A stretch of 64,000 bases of DNA from Candidatus Poribacteria bacterium (GTDB lineage: Bacteria > Poribacteria > WGA-4E > WGA-3G). A program made the translations under genes and the position numbers. Under the pieces are notes generated by a model that searched no databases, had not been told where the DNA came from, and saw only the letters and a list, made by a program, of their open reading frames with translations. This document shows positions 9,874 to 19,139 of this stretch, one piece after another; position 1 is the first letter of the stretch, and every line of letters begins with the position of its first letter. The stretch spans positions 1,536,001 to 1,600,000 of the forward strand of contig CBDANF010000003.1 of assembly GCA_965197475.1 (NCBI GenBank), given 5' to 3'.

Positions 9874-10475
9874 TTCTTGTCACCTTCAGTAACCATTCCA
9901 GAGGATTGTCAACTTGAATATTGAGTTGGGTTTGCACATTTTTTGCTTTCTTGAATAACTTGTCATCTGTTGTTAATCAGGACTTACGCAATGTGTTTAA
10001 AAGTCCCACTGATAAGGGGGATTTAGGGGGTTAAAAGCACAAATTCTGCCTATTTAACCCCCCTAACCCCCTTATCAAGGGGGAATGCGTAAGTCCTGGT
10101 TAATAATACATCCGCCGATCCGCTCTCAGCACAGGCAAGATGCAAAGCATCCATCGATTGAAACGTCAATGTTTCTAACTGTTTACCTCTTGATATTTCA
10201 CTTGTCTCAACAGAAATATCTTGGTCTACGTGAATTAGCCATCTTTTGATTTGAATCCGTTTTGTTTCATTAGGATTGTTTTCAATTTCATCAACCAAAA
10301 CGTCACTGGATATCCAAATCCAATGTCGTACTTGCAAATTATTAAGGATCCGTCTGATTGCTTCAGTTTCTTGGTGAATCCGAGTCTGTGTCTGATCGTC
10401 AAAAAGCCGACTCAAACAGCAAGTATCAAGATAAATTTTCAAAGGTCGTGAATCGGTTTGCACACGTGTATCCAA
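9860..10475 (-). pseudogene. PIN-domain (VapC-like) toxin interrupted by a MITE
   Basis: IYLDTCCL and DALHLACA motifs; removing 9978-10098 plus one TSD restores ...DVLLTTDDKLFKKA...DNPLEWL and a 162-aa ORF. Confidence 0.88.
9978..10098. mobile_element. MITE family B, copy 1 (121 bp)
   Basis: 13-bp TIR CAGGACTTACGCA / TGCGTAAGTCCTG; 6-bp target duplication GTTAAT (9972-9977 and 10099-10104). Confidence 0.92.
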
Positions 10476-10676
10476 ACTCCATCAAAATCGTTTTTTAGGA
10501 GGTGGTCTGTAGTCCTTATTTTCTATTTCTCCTATTCATACATCAGTATAGCATAACTCACACCACATCGCAAGTTGTTTTCGTTACGACTCGCATAAAT
10601 TGGCTTTGCCATCAATACCCTTTCGTGGTAAAATAACACACGTTTTGAAAACGGAGAACAATAGGAGACACAGATT

Positions 10677-11696
10677 ATGGCAATAGAGAGATTTTTAACA
10701 GCAGAACAGAGTGTCCAACATCTTCTGAAAACAACGCCACCGCTTCACTTCAACGGAAATCCAACACAAACGGAGTTCCGAGAATGGCGGAGAAAATTTA
10801 GACGCAACATCGCTCGGTATTTAGGTCCAAAACCTGAACCTGTGCCGTTGGCGGTAGAAATCTTAGAACAGGGACAACAAGATGGGTATACAAGAGAAAA
10901 AATAATTTTCAATCCAGATGCATTCTCCTCAATTCCAGCATACATTTTAATACCAGATAGCGCAAGTCCAGAGAATCCTGCGCCAGCAGTACTATGTGCA
11001 CACGGGCATGGGGTTGGTAAAGATGGGGCTGTCGGCATCGTGGAGGACTATCAGAAACAGTATGCTGTGGAACTTGCACAAAGAGGGTTTGTTACAATTG
11101 CCCCGGATTGGCGATGCTTCGGTGAGCGAAAAGACAGAGATGAGTGGGTGCGCCGTCCCGGCAGAGATGGATGCAACGCTGCTTATTTCGCACTCGGGTA
11201 TTTTGGTTATCAACTGCTACAACTCAACATTTCGGATGGGCAGCGATGTTTGGATTATCTGCAGTCCCGTCCTGAAGTGGATGGCAGTCGGTTGGGATGT
11301 ATGGGATGTTCGTTTGGCGGCACAATGACGACCTATATTTCAGCATTTGATCGGCGGATTAAGGCGGCTGTCATTGTCTGTTATCTTAGCACTTTGACAG
11401 ATGCATTGGGTGACCGTGGGCGAGGGAATACGTGTGGATCACAATTTATGTTTGGGTTACGGGCAGCGGGTGATATTGCTGATGTAGCCGGACTTATCGC
11501 GCCGCGCTCGTGTATGGTGCAAATCGGTTCTGATGACCGATGCTTTATTGAGTCTGATGCTTTAGCGGCGTTTGAACATCTTGAAAAGATATATGCTGCA
11601 TGCGGGAAACGCGATCGGTTAGTGTTGGACCATTTTGAAGGAGAACACGAGATTGATCTGGAGCCTGGGATCGCGTTTTTGGAAGAACGTTTATAA
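10677..11696 (+). CDS. Alpha/beta hydrolase (dienelactone hydrolase / acetyl xylan esterase-like)
   Basis: HGHG, GCSFGG nucleophile elbow and C-terminal GEHE. Confidence 0.85.
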   Translation: MAIERFLTAEQSVQHLLKTTPPLHFNGNPTQTEFREWRRKFRRNIARYLGPKPEPVPLAVEILEQGQQDGYTREKIIFNPDAFSSIPAYILIPDSASPENPAPAVLCAHGHGVGKDGAVGIVEDYQKQYAVELAQRGFVTIAPDWRCFGERKDRDEWVRRPGRDGCNAAYFALGYFGYQLLQLNISDGQRCLDYLQSRPEVDGSRLGCMGCSFGGTMTTYISAFDRRIKAAVIVCYLSTLTDALGDRGRGNTCGSQFMFGLRAAGDIADVAGLIAPRSCMVQIGSDDRCFIESDALAAFEHLEKIYAACGKRDRLVLDHFEGEHEIDLEPGIAFLEERL

Positions 11697-11802
11697 GCAC
11701 AAGGTGTTTATCATGAAATTCAAAGGGTTTAAAATCAGAAAGGACAGGTAATATACCTGTCCCTACTAACTTATTATTCAACACGTGTGACAGAGATACA
11801 GA

Positions 11803-12159
<357 letters not shown>

Positions 12160-12260
12160 CTACGCAAATTGGATAGGGTTGTCTTGGCGGATACAGAGAT
12201 TCGCCGTAAGGTTTCATAATAGTTTTGTGGACGGATACGAAATTCGCCCTTACAAATGAA

Positions 12261-12402
12261 CTAAGGCATCAAATTAACACGTTTTCTTTACGTTGATCTA
12301 AGATATGCGTGCTGCAGAAACTTGTTCTACGGAATAAAAATAATTAACGAGTCAATTCACGCGTATCTTCAAATCAACGCCCGCGCTTATGCGATGCCTC
12401 AG
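12261..12402 (-). ncRNA. Candidate structured RNA between glnA and glnB
   Basis: Nested helices 12261-12270/12393-12402 and 12291-12311/12358-12379. Confidence 0.4.
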
Positions 12403-12508
12403 ACTCGGGTTCTTGCCCCATAATAAATACAATAGAAACTATCTCGTATTTGGTAGAGGATAACAACTTCTAAAAGTGCACCTACAAACAAAATTTATGA
12501 GATAGGTT

Positions 12509-13930
12509 CTAAATATCGTGATAGAGGAAGAATTCGTACGGATGTGGTCGAATATTAATGGCATCTACCTCATTTTCGCGTTTGTAATCGATCCAGACAT
12601 CAAGTACGTCTTCAGTAAACACATCACCTTTGAGAAGATATTCGTGGTCATCCTCAAGCGCATCAAGTGCGTCACCAAGAGAAGCAGGTGTGGATTCAAT
12701 ATCGTCAAGTTCCTCTGGTTCAAGGTCATAGAGGTCTTTGTCCAACGGATCGCCAGGGTGAATTCGGTTCTGAATTCCATCAAGACCAGCCATAAGCAAC
12801 GCGCTGAATGCAAGATACGGGTTACAAGATGGGTCAGGGGTACGGAATTCAACACGTTTGGATTTTTCACTCTTAGAGTAGACCGGAATTCGGACACATG
12901 CGCTTCGGTTCCGCTGGGAATAAGCGATATTAACTGGTGCTTCATACCCTGGGACTAACCGTTTATAAGAATTGGTTGTCGGTGCGATAATTGCACATAA
13001 CGAACGTGCATGCGCGAGTAAACCACCGATGTAATAGAGTGCTGTCTCACTTAGGAGTGAGTATCCTTGTGGATCATAAAAAACGTTTTTTCCGTCTTTC
13101 CATAGGCTTGTGTGCACGTGCATTCCTGAACCGTTGTCTTGGAAGAGCGGCTTCGGCATGAAAGTGGCTACCAAATTATGAGAACGGGCAACATTTTTGA
13201 TAATATATTTATACAAGGCTATACTATCACCGGCACTGGTTAGTGTGTCATATCGAATGTCAATTTCACCTTGTCCTGCAGTGCCGACCTCGTGGTGATG
13301 TACTTCAACATCAACACCGGATTCAATAAGTTTCAGGCATATTTCAGATCGGATGTCTTGGAGCGTATCTGACGGGGGAACGGGGAAATAACCCTCTTTA
13401 TAGCGGGGTTTGTAACCGAGGTTCGGATTTTCTTCGCGCCCAGAATTCCAACTACCTTCAACGGAATCAACATAGTAGAATCCAGAATGTTGGTTCTGTC
13501 CGTAACGGATATCGTTCAATAGATAAAATTCTGCCTCAGGTCCCCAATAACTAATATCAGCAATGCCTGTAGATTGAAGATAGGCTTCCGCTTTCTGTGC
13601 AATATGCCGCACGTCGCGGGTATAATTTTCCAATGTAATTGGGTCTTTAATATTACACGTAACGCTCAATGTTGGTATTTGACAGACTGGGTCAACCAGT
13701 GCTGTTGAGGGATCAGGAAAGAGCAACATGTCGCTCTCGTTAATGGCTTGAAAACCGCGGATACTTGACCCATCAAAACCGATTCCTTCTTCAAATAGGT
13801 CTTCGCTCAATTCTCCAACCATAATGGAGAAGTGTTGCCACATCCCTGGCATGTCCATGAATTTGAGGTCAACTATCTTAACATTATTTTCTTTTGCAAG
13901 TGCAATCACCTCACTTGGTGTCATTCGCAA
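12509..13930 (-). CDS. glnA: Glutamine synthetase type I
   Basis: FDGSSIRGF, HHHEVG, FMPKP, NGSGMHVH, KRLVPGYEAP and the adenylylation-region DLYDL. Confidence 0.98.
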   Translation of the reverse strand: MRMTPSEVIALAKENNVKIVDLKFMDMPGMWQHFSIMVGELSEDLFEEGIGFDGSSIRGFQAINESDMLLFPDPSTALVDPVCQIPTLSVTCNIKDPITLENYTRDVRHIAQKAEAYLQSTGIADISYWGPEAEFYLLNDIRYGQNQHSGFYYVDSVEGSWNSGREENPNLGYKPRYKEGYFPVPPSDTLQDIRSEICLKLIESGVDVEVHHHEVGTAGQGEIDIRYDTLTSAGDSIALYKYIIKNVARSHNLVATFMPKPLFQDNGSGMHVHTSLWKDGKNVFYDPQGYSLLSETALYYIGGLLAHARSLCAIIAPTTNSYKRLVPGYEAPVNIAYSQRNRSACVRIPVYSKSEKSKRVEFRTPDPSCNPYLAFSALLMAGLDGIQNRIHPGDPLDKDLYDLEPEELDDIESTPASLGDALDALEDDHEYLLKGDVFTEDVLDVWIDYKRENEVDAINIRPHPYEFFLYHDI

Positions 13931-14027
13931 TTCCTCCTAAGTGGATCAAATATATTAATTGTAACTCATGATGGGTCGTCAATTGAATGTGCAATTTATT
14001 ATATGACAAGAATCCCATGATAGACTA

Positions 14028-14044
14028 TGCAAAGTCTATGCCAA
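14028..14044 (-). promoter_or_regulatory. Sigma54 (-24/-12) promoter of glnA
   Basis: TTGGCAT-AGACT-TTGCA on the minus strand, about 100 bp upstream of glnA. Confidence 0.85.
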
Positions 14045-14088
14045 TTTTGGAAACGTGTCTCGGTTGAGATATTCCGACACGCATCAAT

Positions 14089-14140
14089 GACAACAGCGTT
14101 ATACAGAACACAGAGACAACAGCGTTATACAGAACACAGA
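14089..14140. repeat. Perfect 26-bp tandem duplication
   Basis: GACAACAGCGTTATACAGAACACAGA x2. Confidence 0.95.
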
Positions 14141-14209
14141 AAGGACAATAACTTAACCGCTGTTAATGCCGTGTGTTTATACGGATCAACAGAGATATGC
14201 CGAAGAATT

Positions 14210-14249
14210 TGCTAAATTATTAGGCATAGAATTGCCCAAATTTTCAGCA
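14210..14249. promoter_or_regulatory. Two NtrC-type enhancer sites
   Basis: TGC-N11-GCA sites TGCTAAATTATTAGGCA (14210-14226) and TGCCCAAATTTTCAGCA (14233-14249), upstream of the sigma54 promoter. Confidence 0.7.
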
Positions 14250-14252
14250 GAA

Positions 14253-14840
14253 TCACGGCTTTTTCTTTAATTCAACATCTTCAGCAAATCTGCTGGTTTC
14301 GGGTCCATCTTGCCCAGAATATTTATTCGCAGGTTTCAGGCGGTAAGGCATACTTGATGGCGATGAAAGTTGTTCAAAGGTAAAGGCACAAATCCGCATG
14401 CCTGGATAGAGTAAGACAGGCATCCGTCCGAGATTGCCTAATTCCAAAGTAGCATTTCCTACCCAACCAGGATCGAATAGACCAGCGGTGCTGTGGACAA
14501 TAATACCGAGTCTGCCGAGACTACTTCTCCCTTCAAGCCGCGCCATCACATCATCTGCTAATTCCAGTTTTTCGTGTGTTGCTGCGAGAACAAACTCACC
14601 CGGTTGCATCGTGAAAGCCTCACCATCAGACACCTTAACTTTCCGCATCAGATCATCAGCATCAACCTTTTCCTTTAAATCAATAAACGGATATTTGCTG
14701 TGTTCAAAAACACGAAAGGTGTTGCTCAATCTGAAATCCATTGAACAACTCCCTAACTGTATATCTAAATCGGGCTCGGGGGTAATCTTAATTTTCCCTT
14801 CGCGCATATATTTTTCAATGTCCACATTTGATAAAACCAT
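14253..14840 (-). CDS. dcd: dCTP deaminase
   Basis: LEGRSSLGRLG, STAGLFDPG, TLELGN and KYSGQ. Confidence 0.95.
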   Translation of the reverse strand: MVLSNVDIEKYMREGKIKITPEPDLDIQLGSCSMDFRLSNTFRVFEHSKYPFIDLKEKVDADDLMRKVKVSDGEAFTMQPGEFVLAATHEKLELADDVMARLEGRSSLGRLGIIVHSTAGLFDPGWVGNATLELGNLGRMPVLLYPGMRICAFTFEQLSSPSSMPYRLKPANKYSGQDGPETSRFAEDVELKKKP

Positions 14841-14923
14841 ATTATAATATTACCATAATTTTGCAAAGATGTCACGTTTTTTGTTTTTAATGTTGTTTCG
14901 TCACGCAATCTGGAATGCCGATT

Positions 14924-16252
14924 CTATTCATCCCATTCTTCTGGGGCAACACTGCGATAGGCATAGTCTAAAAGAGTCACGGGATGCATCGCCTTCATCT
15001 TCAACCCATGCTTTTGGATACCGACTTGAATTTGCAGTAAACAGCCGGGGTTTCCAGTTGCGACAATATCTGCCTCAGTTTCAGCGATGTGTGTCATCTT
15101 GCGTTCAAGTATCTCCTGTGAAAGTTCCGGTTGTGTGATATTATAAATACCCGCACTCCCACAACACCATTCGGATTCTGTCAACTCAATTAACTCAAGC
15201 TCTGGTATTATTTGCAGGACTTTTCGAGGTTGTGACTTCACACGTTGCCCGTGTAGGAGATGGCACGGTTCATCATAAGTCACGCGCCTGGGAATTGCGC
15301 CTTTTGGCGGTATCATCTCAATTTCGGCTAAGAATTCGCTGATGTCACGCATTTTGTGGCTGAAGTGTTCTGCTTTCTCTACGTAAACCGTATCGTTTTC
15401 CAGAAGTGCTTCGTACTCCTTGAGTGTTGCGCCACAACCAGCAGAGTTAATAATAATTGCATCTAAATTCTCGTTCTCAAACGCATCTATGTTCTGTTTG
15501 GCAAGTGCAGAGGCGACATCGCGTACGCCGTTGTGTAGGTGCAGTGCCCCACAGCAAGTTTGCTTACGCGGTGTAACAACTTCACATCCGTTTTCCGCTA
15601 ACACACGAATAGTAGCCAAATTGGTCTCGGTAAAAACCTGATTCATGATACACCCAGGGATAAATCCCACGCGATATCGAGTTTCACCTTCGGCGGGTGT
15701 GATGTCACGTATCGTGTATTTGAGATGCGGAGGGGGAATTTTCGGCAGTAACGACTCCATTTGACCGAGTTGCCCCATCAATTTAAGGATTCCTGTTTTC
15801 TGGACGAGCCATCGGATACCGAGTTTTTGGTAGAGCCACATCAGTTCAAAGATGAGGTCTAACCGTTCTTTGTTCGGTAAAATTTGTTTGAAAACGAGGT
15901 TGGTCCAGAATCGGTAGCTTACGGATCGAGGGGCGTTGAGCTCATAGATCGCACGTGCCTGTTCAAGAAGTTCTCCGAAGTGTACGCCAGAAGGGCACGC
16001 GGTCTCACAGGCGCGGCAATCCAAGCACCGGTAGATGTATTCTGCCCACTCCTTGCTGAGTGGCGTGGCATCTTGCGGTTTGAACGCACTCCCCATAAGA
16101 TACAATCTTCCTCTGGGGGAATCGGTTTCTAATCCTAATTCTCGATAGGTTGGACAAGTAGGTAAGCAAAGACCACAATGGGTACAGGCATCCCATTTTT
16201 TCCAACTAAAGGTGTCCATGCCGATTAGTGGTTGGGTTTGTTGGTTGGGCAT
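14924..16252 (-). CDS. glcF: Glycolate oxidase Fe-S subunit-like oxidoreductase
   Basis: Two CxxCxxCxxxCP ferredoxin motifs plus two CCG domains (TCCGAL, WCCGSAG). Confidence 0.85.
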   Translation of the reverse strand: MPNQQTQPLIGMDTFSWKKWDACTHCGLCLPTCPTYRELGLETDSPRGRLYLMGSAFKPQDATPLSKEWAEYIYRCLDCRACETACPSGVHFGELLEQARAIYELNAPRSVSYRFWTNLVFKQILPNKERLDLIFELMWLYQKLGIRWLVQKTGILKLMGQLGQMESLLPKIPPPHLKYTIRDITPAEGETRYRVGFIPGCIMNQVFTETNLATIRVLAENGCEVVTPRKQTCCGALHLHNGVRDVASALAKQNIDAFENENLDAIIINSAGCGATLKEYEALLENDTVYVEKAEHFSHKMRDISEFLAEIEMIPPKGAIPRRVTYDEPCHLLHGQRVKSQPRKVLQIIPELELIELTESEWCCGSAGIYNITQPELSQEILERKMTHIAETEADIVATGNPGCLLQIQVGIQKHGLKMKAMHPVTLLDYAYRSVAPEEWDE

Positions 16253-16301
16253 CTCAAAGTTTATTAGATTGGTGATATTACTCTCGATTTCAATAATTTG
16301 A

Positions 16302-16646
16302 TTAATTTTTTTGGAACGTCATAATGATCATTCCGATAACAAATAGAAGTTGAAGTGCCATCAGAATGATTGGAACTAACAGCATGAATTTGGATAATTT
16401 CGTAAAAGATGAGTTTTGCTTGAGGCTACTCATCTTGTTTTCACTTATTTTCTCTGTAATGAGATGCTCTTCACTCTGCGGGAACAATGTTTTTTTAATA
16501 GAAGATTCGGGTGAAATTGGTAAGTGTTTAGGTTGTCTCTTCCGTTTAGGTAAGACTAGTACAAGAAGTAGAATACATCCAACAAACATCATGATATGAA
16601 CGGGATATGCCGAAATGACTTCTAAAACACCATACAAATCTGACAT
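16302..16646 (-). CDS. Small two-TM hypothetical membrane protein
   Basis: Two hydrophobic helices around a basic linker; resembles the adjacent ORF. Confidence 0.6.
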   Translation of the reverse strand: MSDLYGVLEVISAYPVHIMMFVGCILLLVLVLPKRKRQPKHLPISPESSIKKTLFPQSEEHLITEKISENKMSSLKQNSSFTKLSKFMLLVPIILMALQLLFVIGMIIMTFQKN

Positions 16647-16701
16647 CTTTGTTCCTTTTGTGTTTGTTGAGTGGACATAGATAACTTATTTCACAAGCTA
16701 A

Positions 16702-17106
16702 TTATTTGTGGAATCTTTCCAATATAATATGGGTAAACCAAAGCAGGACTAACACAATCAAGCCAATAGTGGCAAATATCATGCCTTTGGAACTTACTGT
16801 GCCAGCGAAACTTTTCTTGATATTATCCTTTCTGCTTTCGTTAATCTTGTCTGCAAGCATTCTTTTTTCGTACTCTGTCAAATTTTTCTTTTGTGTAGGC
16901 AGTAGGTCTGATGGCGTGCGTCTATAAATTCGGTTTTTCCACTTTCTGTACAAGATACGAAAAATTACTACGCCTCCTGCTACACCAATTAAAACAGCAA
17001 CACTGATGAGAATATCTGTTATAGGTAGGAATTCAATCGGATCAACCGGGCTCGGTTCGGCATATAGAGTTTCACTTATGATGAAAACTGCATGAATAGT
17101 TTCCAT
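16702..17106 (-). CDS. Small two-TM hypothetical membrane protein
   Basis: Two hydrophobic helices; starts 2 bp after the larE stop. Confidence 0.6.
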   Translation of the reverse strand: METIHAVFIISETLYAEPSPVDPIEFLPITDILISVAVLIGVAGGVVIFRILYRKWKNRIYRRTPSDLLPTQKKNLTEYEKRMLADKINESRKDNIKKSFAGTVSSKGMIFATIGLIVLVLLWFTHIILERFHK

Positions 17107-17108
17107 TT

Positions 17109-17942
17109 TTACGTCCCCGTGATGATTTTGGTGATCCCTTCGTTCAGGCTACCGGATCGATATCCCTGTAGGTCAAGCGTAACGTGGGCGTATCCCAGAG
17201 TTTTGAAGTGTGCGCTGATTTGGTTTCGGGTTTCTTTCTGATGCAATCGCGAAATTTCTTCTGCTTCAAGTTCAATTCGGGCGAGTTCACCGTGGTGACG
17301 GACGCGGAATTGACGAATGCCTAAATCGTAGAGAAATTGTTCTGCAGCGTCAACCTGCCGCAGCAATTCACGCGTGATACGCATGCCGTAAGGAAACCGC
17401 GAGGATAGACAGGCGAATGCAGGCTTATCCCATGTCGGAAGTTCCCACGCTTTTGAAATCTCGCGTATCTCTGCTTTCGTGAGGTCAACATCAATCAAAG
17501 GTGCTTTGATACCCATCTGTTTAGCGGCATCCATTCCAGGACGATGGTCGCCGACATCATCCGGGATTGCGCCGTAGATAATTGTTCCGACATTGTATTT
17601 TTCGGCGATTGGCTGTAGTTTATCAAACAATTCCGTCTTGCAAAAGAAACATCGGTTGGTGGGGTTGCTCGCGTATCCCTCCAGTTCTAACTCTTCAGTG
17701 TGAACAGTTTCAAAGCGGATGCCGATCTGTTGGGCAATATCTTGCGCAGCTTGCATCTCTCTTATAGGATAGGAATCTGATATTGCGGTGACCGCAAGTG
17801 CATTTTCGCCTAAGGCATGCTGTGCCGCCTCCGCAAGAAACGTGCTGTCGACTCCACCTGAAAAGGCGACGATCACCTTTTCATAACTACGTAGGCAATC
17901 ATAAAGTCTGTTTACTTTTGATTGTAAAGGTTTCGGTAACAT
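17109..17942 (-). CDS. larE: ATP-dependent sacrificial sulfur transferase LarE
   Basis: AFSGGVDS PP-loop, RCFFCK, DHRPG, ACLSSR, FRVRHHG and GYRSGSLN. Confidence 0.92.
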   Translation of the reverse strand: MLPKPLQSKVNRLYDCLRSYEKVIVAFSGGVDSTFLAEAAQHALGENALAVTAISDSYPIREMQAAQDIAQQIGIRFETVHTEELELEGYASNPTNRCFFCKTELFDKLQPIAEKYNVGTIIYGAIPDDVGDHRPGMDAAKQMGIKAPLIDVDLTKAEIREISKAWELPTWDKPAFACLSSRFPYGMRITRELLRQVDAAEQFLYDLGIRQFRVRHHGELARIELEAEEISRLHQKETRNQISAHFKTLGYAHVTLDLQGYRSGSLNEGITKIITGT

Positions 17943-17961
17943 CTATTCACATCCTAAGGTG

Positions 17962-18561
17962 TTACAACGGTCGATCAGTTTGTTGTAGTTTTTTCAGTTC
18001 GCTCATGAGTAATTGTCTTTTTAAGCCGCTAATTCTGTCAATAAAAAGGGTTCCGTTGAGATGGTCAATTTCGTGTTGAAGCACACGTGCAAGAAGTCCA
18101 TCTGCCTCAAATTCAATCTCTTTGTTTCTAAGGTCCATTGCTTTAACGACTATCTTTTCTGGACGTTTTACATCAGCTCGGAGATCGGGTATGCTCAAAC
18201 ATCCTTCCTCTGCTACACTTTCTCCTTCAACACTCAAAATTTCAGGATTAAACAGCATCAACAGTTCAAATTTTTCGTCTTCGTTTTCACCTAAGTCAAC
18301 AATGAGGAATTGTTTTAAAATGCCTACCTGCGTTGCAGCGAGACCGATACCGTTCCCTGTCGCGTAAAGTGTCATTAACATCTCCTCAGCAAGTTTGACT
18401 TCTGCGTAGGTGATTTCCTGAACCGGTTCGGCTCTTTTGCGGAGGACAGAGTCACCGTAATATCGAAGCTGTAGCGGTTTTGTTATTGGCAAGCGTAATG
18501 TTTCGTCTGTCGCTGAATCTGAGGATTGTCGGTTTTTACGTTTTCTTTTCGGTTTTGACAT
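17962..18561 (-). CDS. def: Peptide deformylase
   Basis: GIGLAATQ, EGCLS and QHEIDHL. Confidence 0.97.
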   Translation of the reverse strand: MSKPKRKRKNRQSSDSATDETLRLPITKPLQLRYYGDSVLRKRAEPVQEITYAEVKLAEEMLMTLYATGNGIGLAATQVGILKQFLIVDLGENEDEKFELLMLFNPEILSVEGESVAEEGCLSIPDLRADVKRPEKIVVKAMDLRNKEIEFEADGLLARVLQHEIDHLNGTLFIDRISGLKRQLLMSELKKLQQTDRPL

Positions 18562-18654
18562 GCGTCGGACATCTCTCCATTATTCTTTCATCAATGAAAA
18601 AGTTTTAAATATCATAACACCCACAGCGGATTATGTCAAGTAAATTAATGGACG

Positions 18655-18778
18655 GCAGAGCCATTCAGTTTTCGGTTTTTTGTGCATTTTAGTGGTTAAA
18701 TCGCGACAGGAGGTCGCTCCTACAGAGGAAAGACCGTGATCAGAAGGTAGCAACTACCGGAGAATTGAATGGCTCTGC
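18655..18778. mobile_element. MITE-like element family C with an internal GTAG-REP
   Basis: 13-bp TIR GCAGAGCCATTCA / TGAATGGCTCTGC; internal TCGCGACAGGAGGTCGCTCCTACA; no clear TSD. Confidence 0.6.
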
Positions 18779-18925
18779 TTCTTCTAAATACACTTTAACT
18801 TTGACTTCGCAGCTTTCTAAGGGATATACTAAACATTGGTATCCTCTCCTATAATGTGAGAAAAGTTTATTAGGAAAGGATACCATTTATCGGAATACCT
18901 CCGCAACATCCCTCTCCAATTCATA

Positions 18926-19020
18926 CTTATACCAGATTAACGAGATTTATCTTATTTTTCTGGGCAGACAGCGCGCGGACAAAGCGCGCCTACAAGTTGA
19001 ATCAAGTTAATTTGGTATTA
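18926..19020. mobile_element. MITE family A, copy 2
   Basis: CTTATACCAGATTAA...TTAATTTGGTATTA; collinear with 375-471. Confidence 0.75.
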
Positions 19021-19139
19021 TAACAAAAACTTTACACACACGAATCTACCTGGGACTTGTTTAAATGGAATAGTCTGCCATCCAGCAAAGATTGACTGAT
19101 GACAGACTATTCCGTTATGTTCATCTAACGCTGGGATTA

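Noticed and set aside
12291-12379. Canonical glnA glutamine riboswitch
   Set aside because: Only the CGTTG...CAACG ends resemble it; the conserved junction sequences are not evident on the transcribed strand
17109-17942. Complete lactate racemase (lar) operon
   Set aside because: Only larE is present, and stand-alone larE is common
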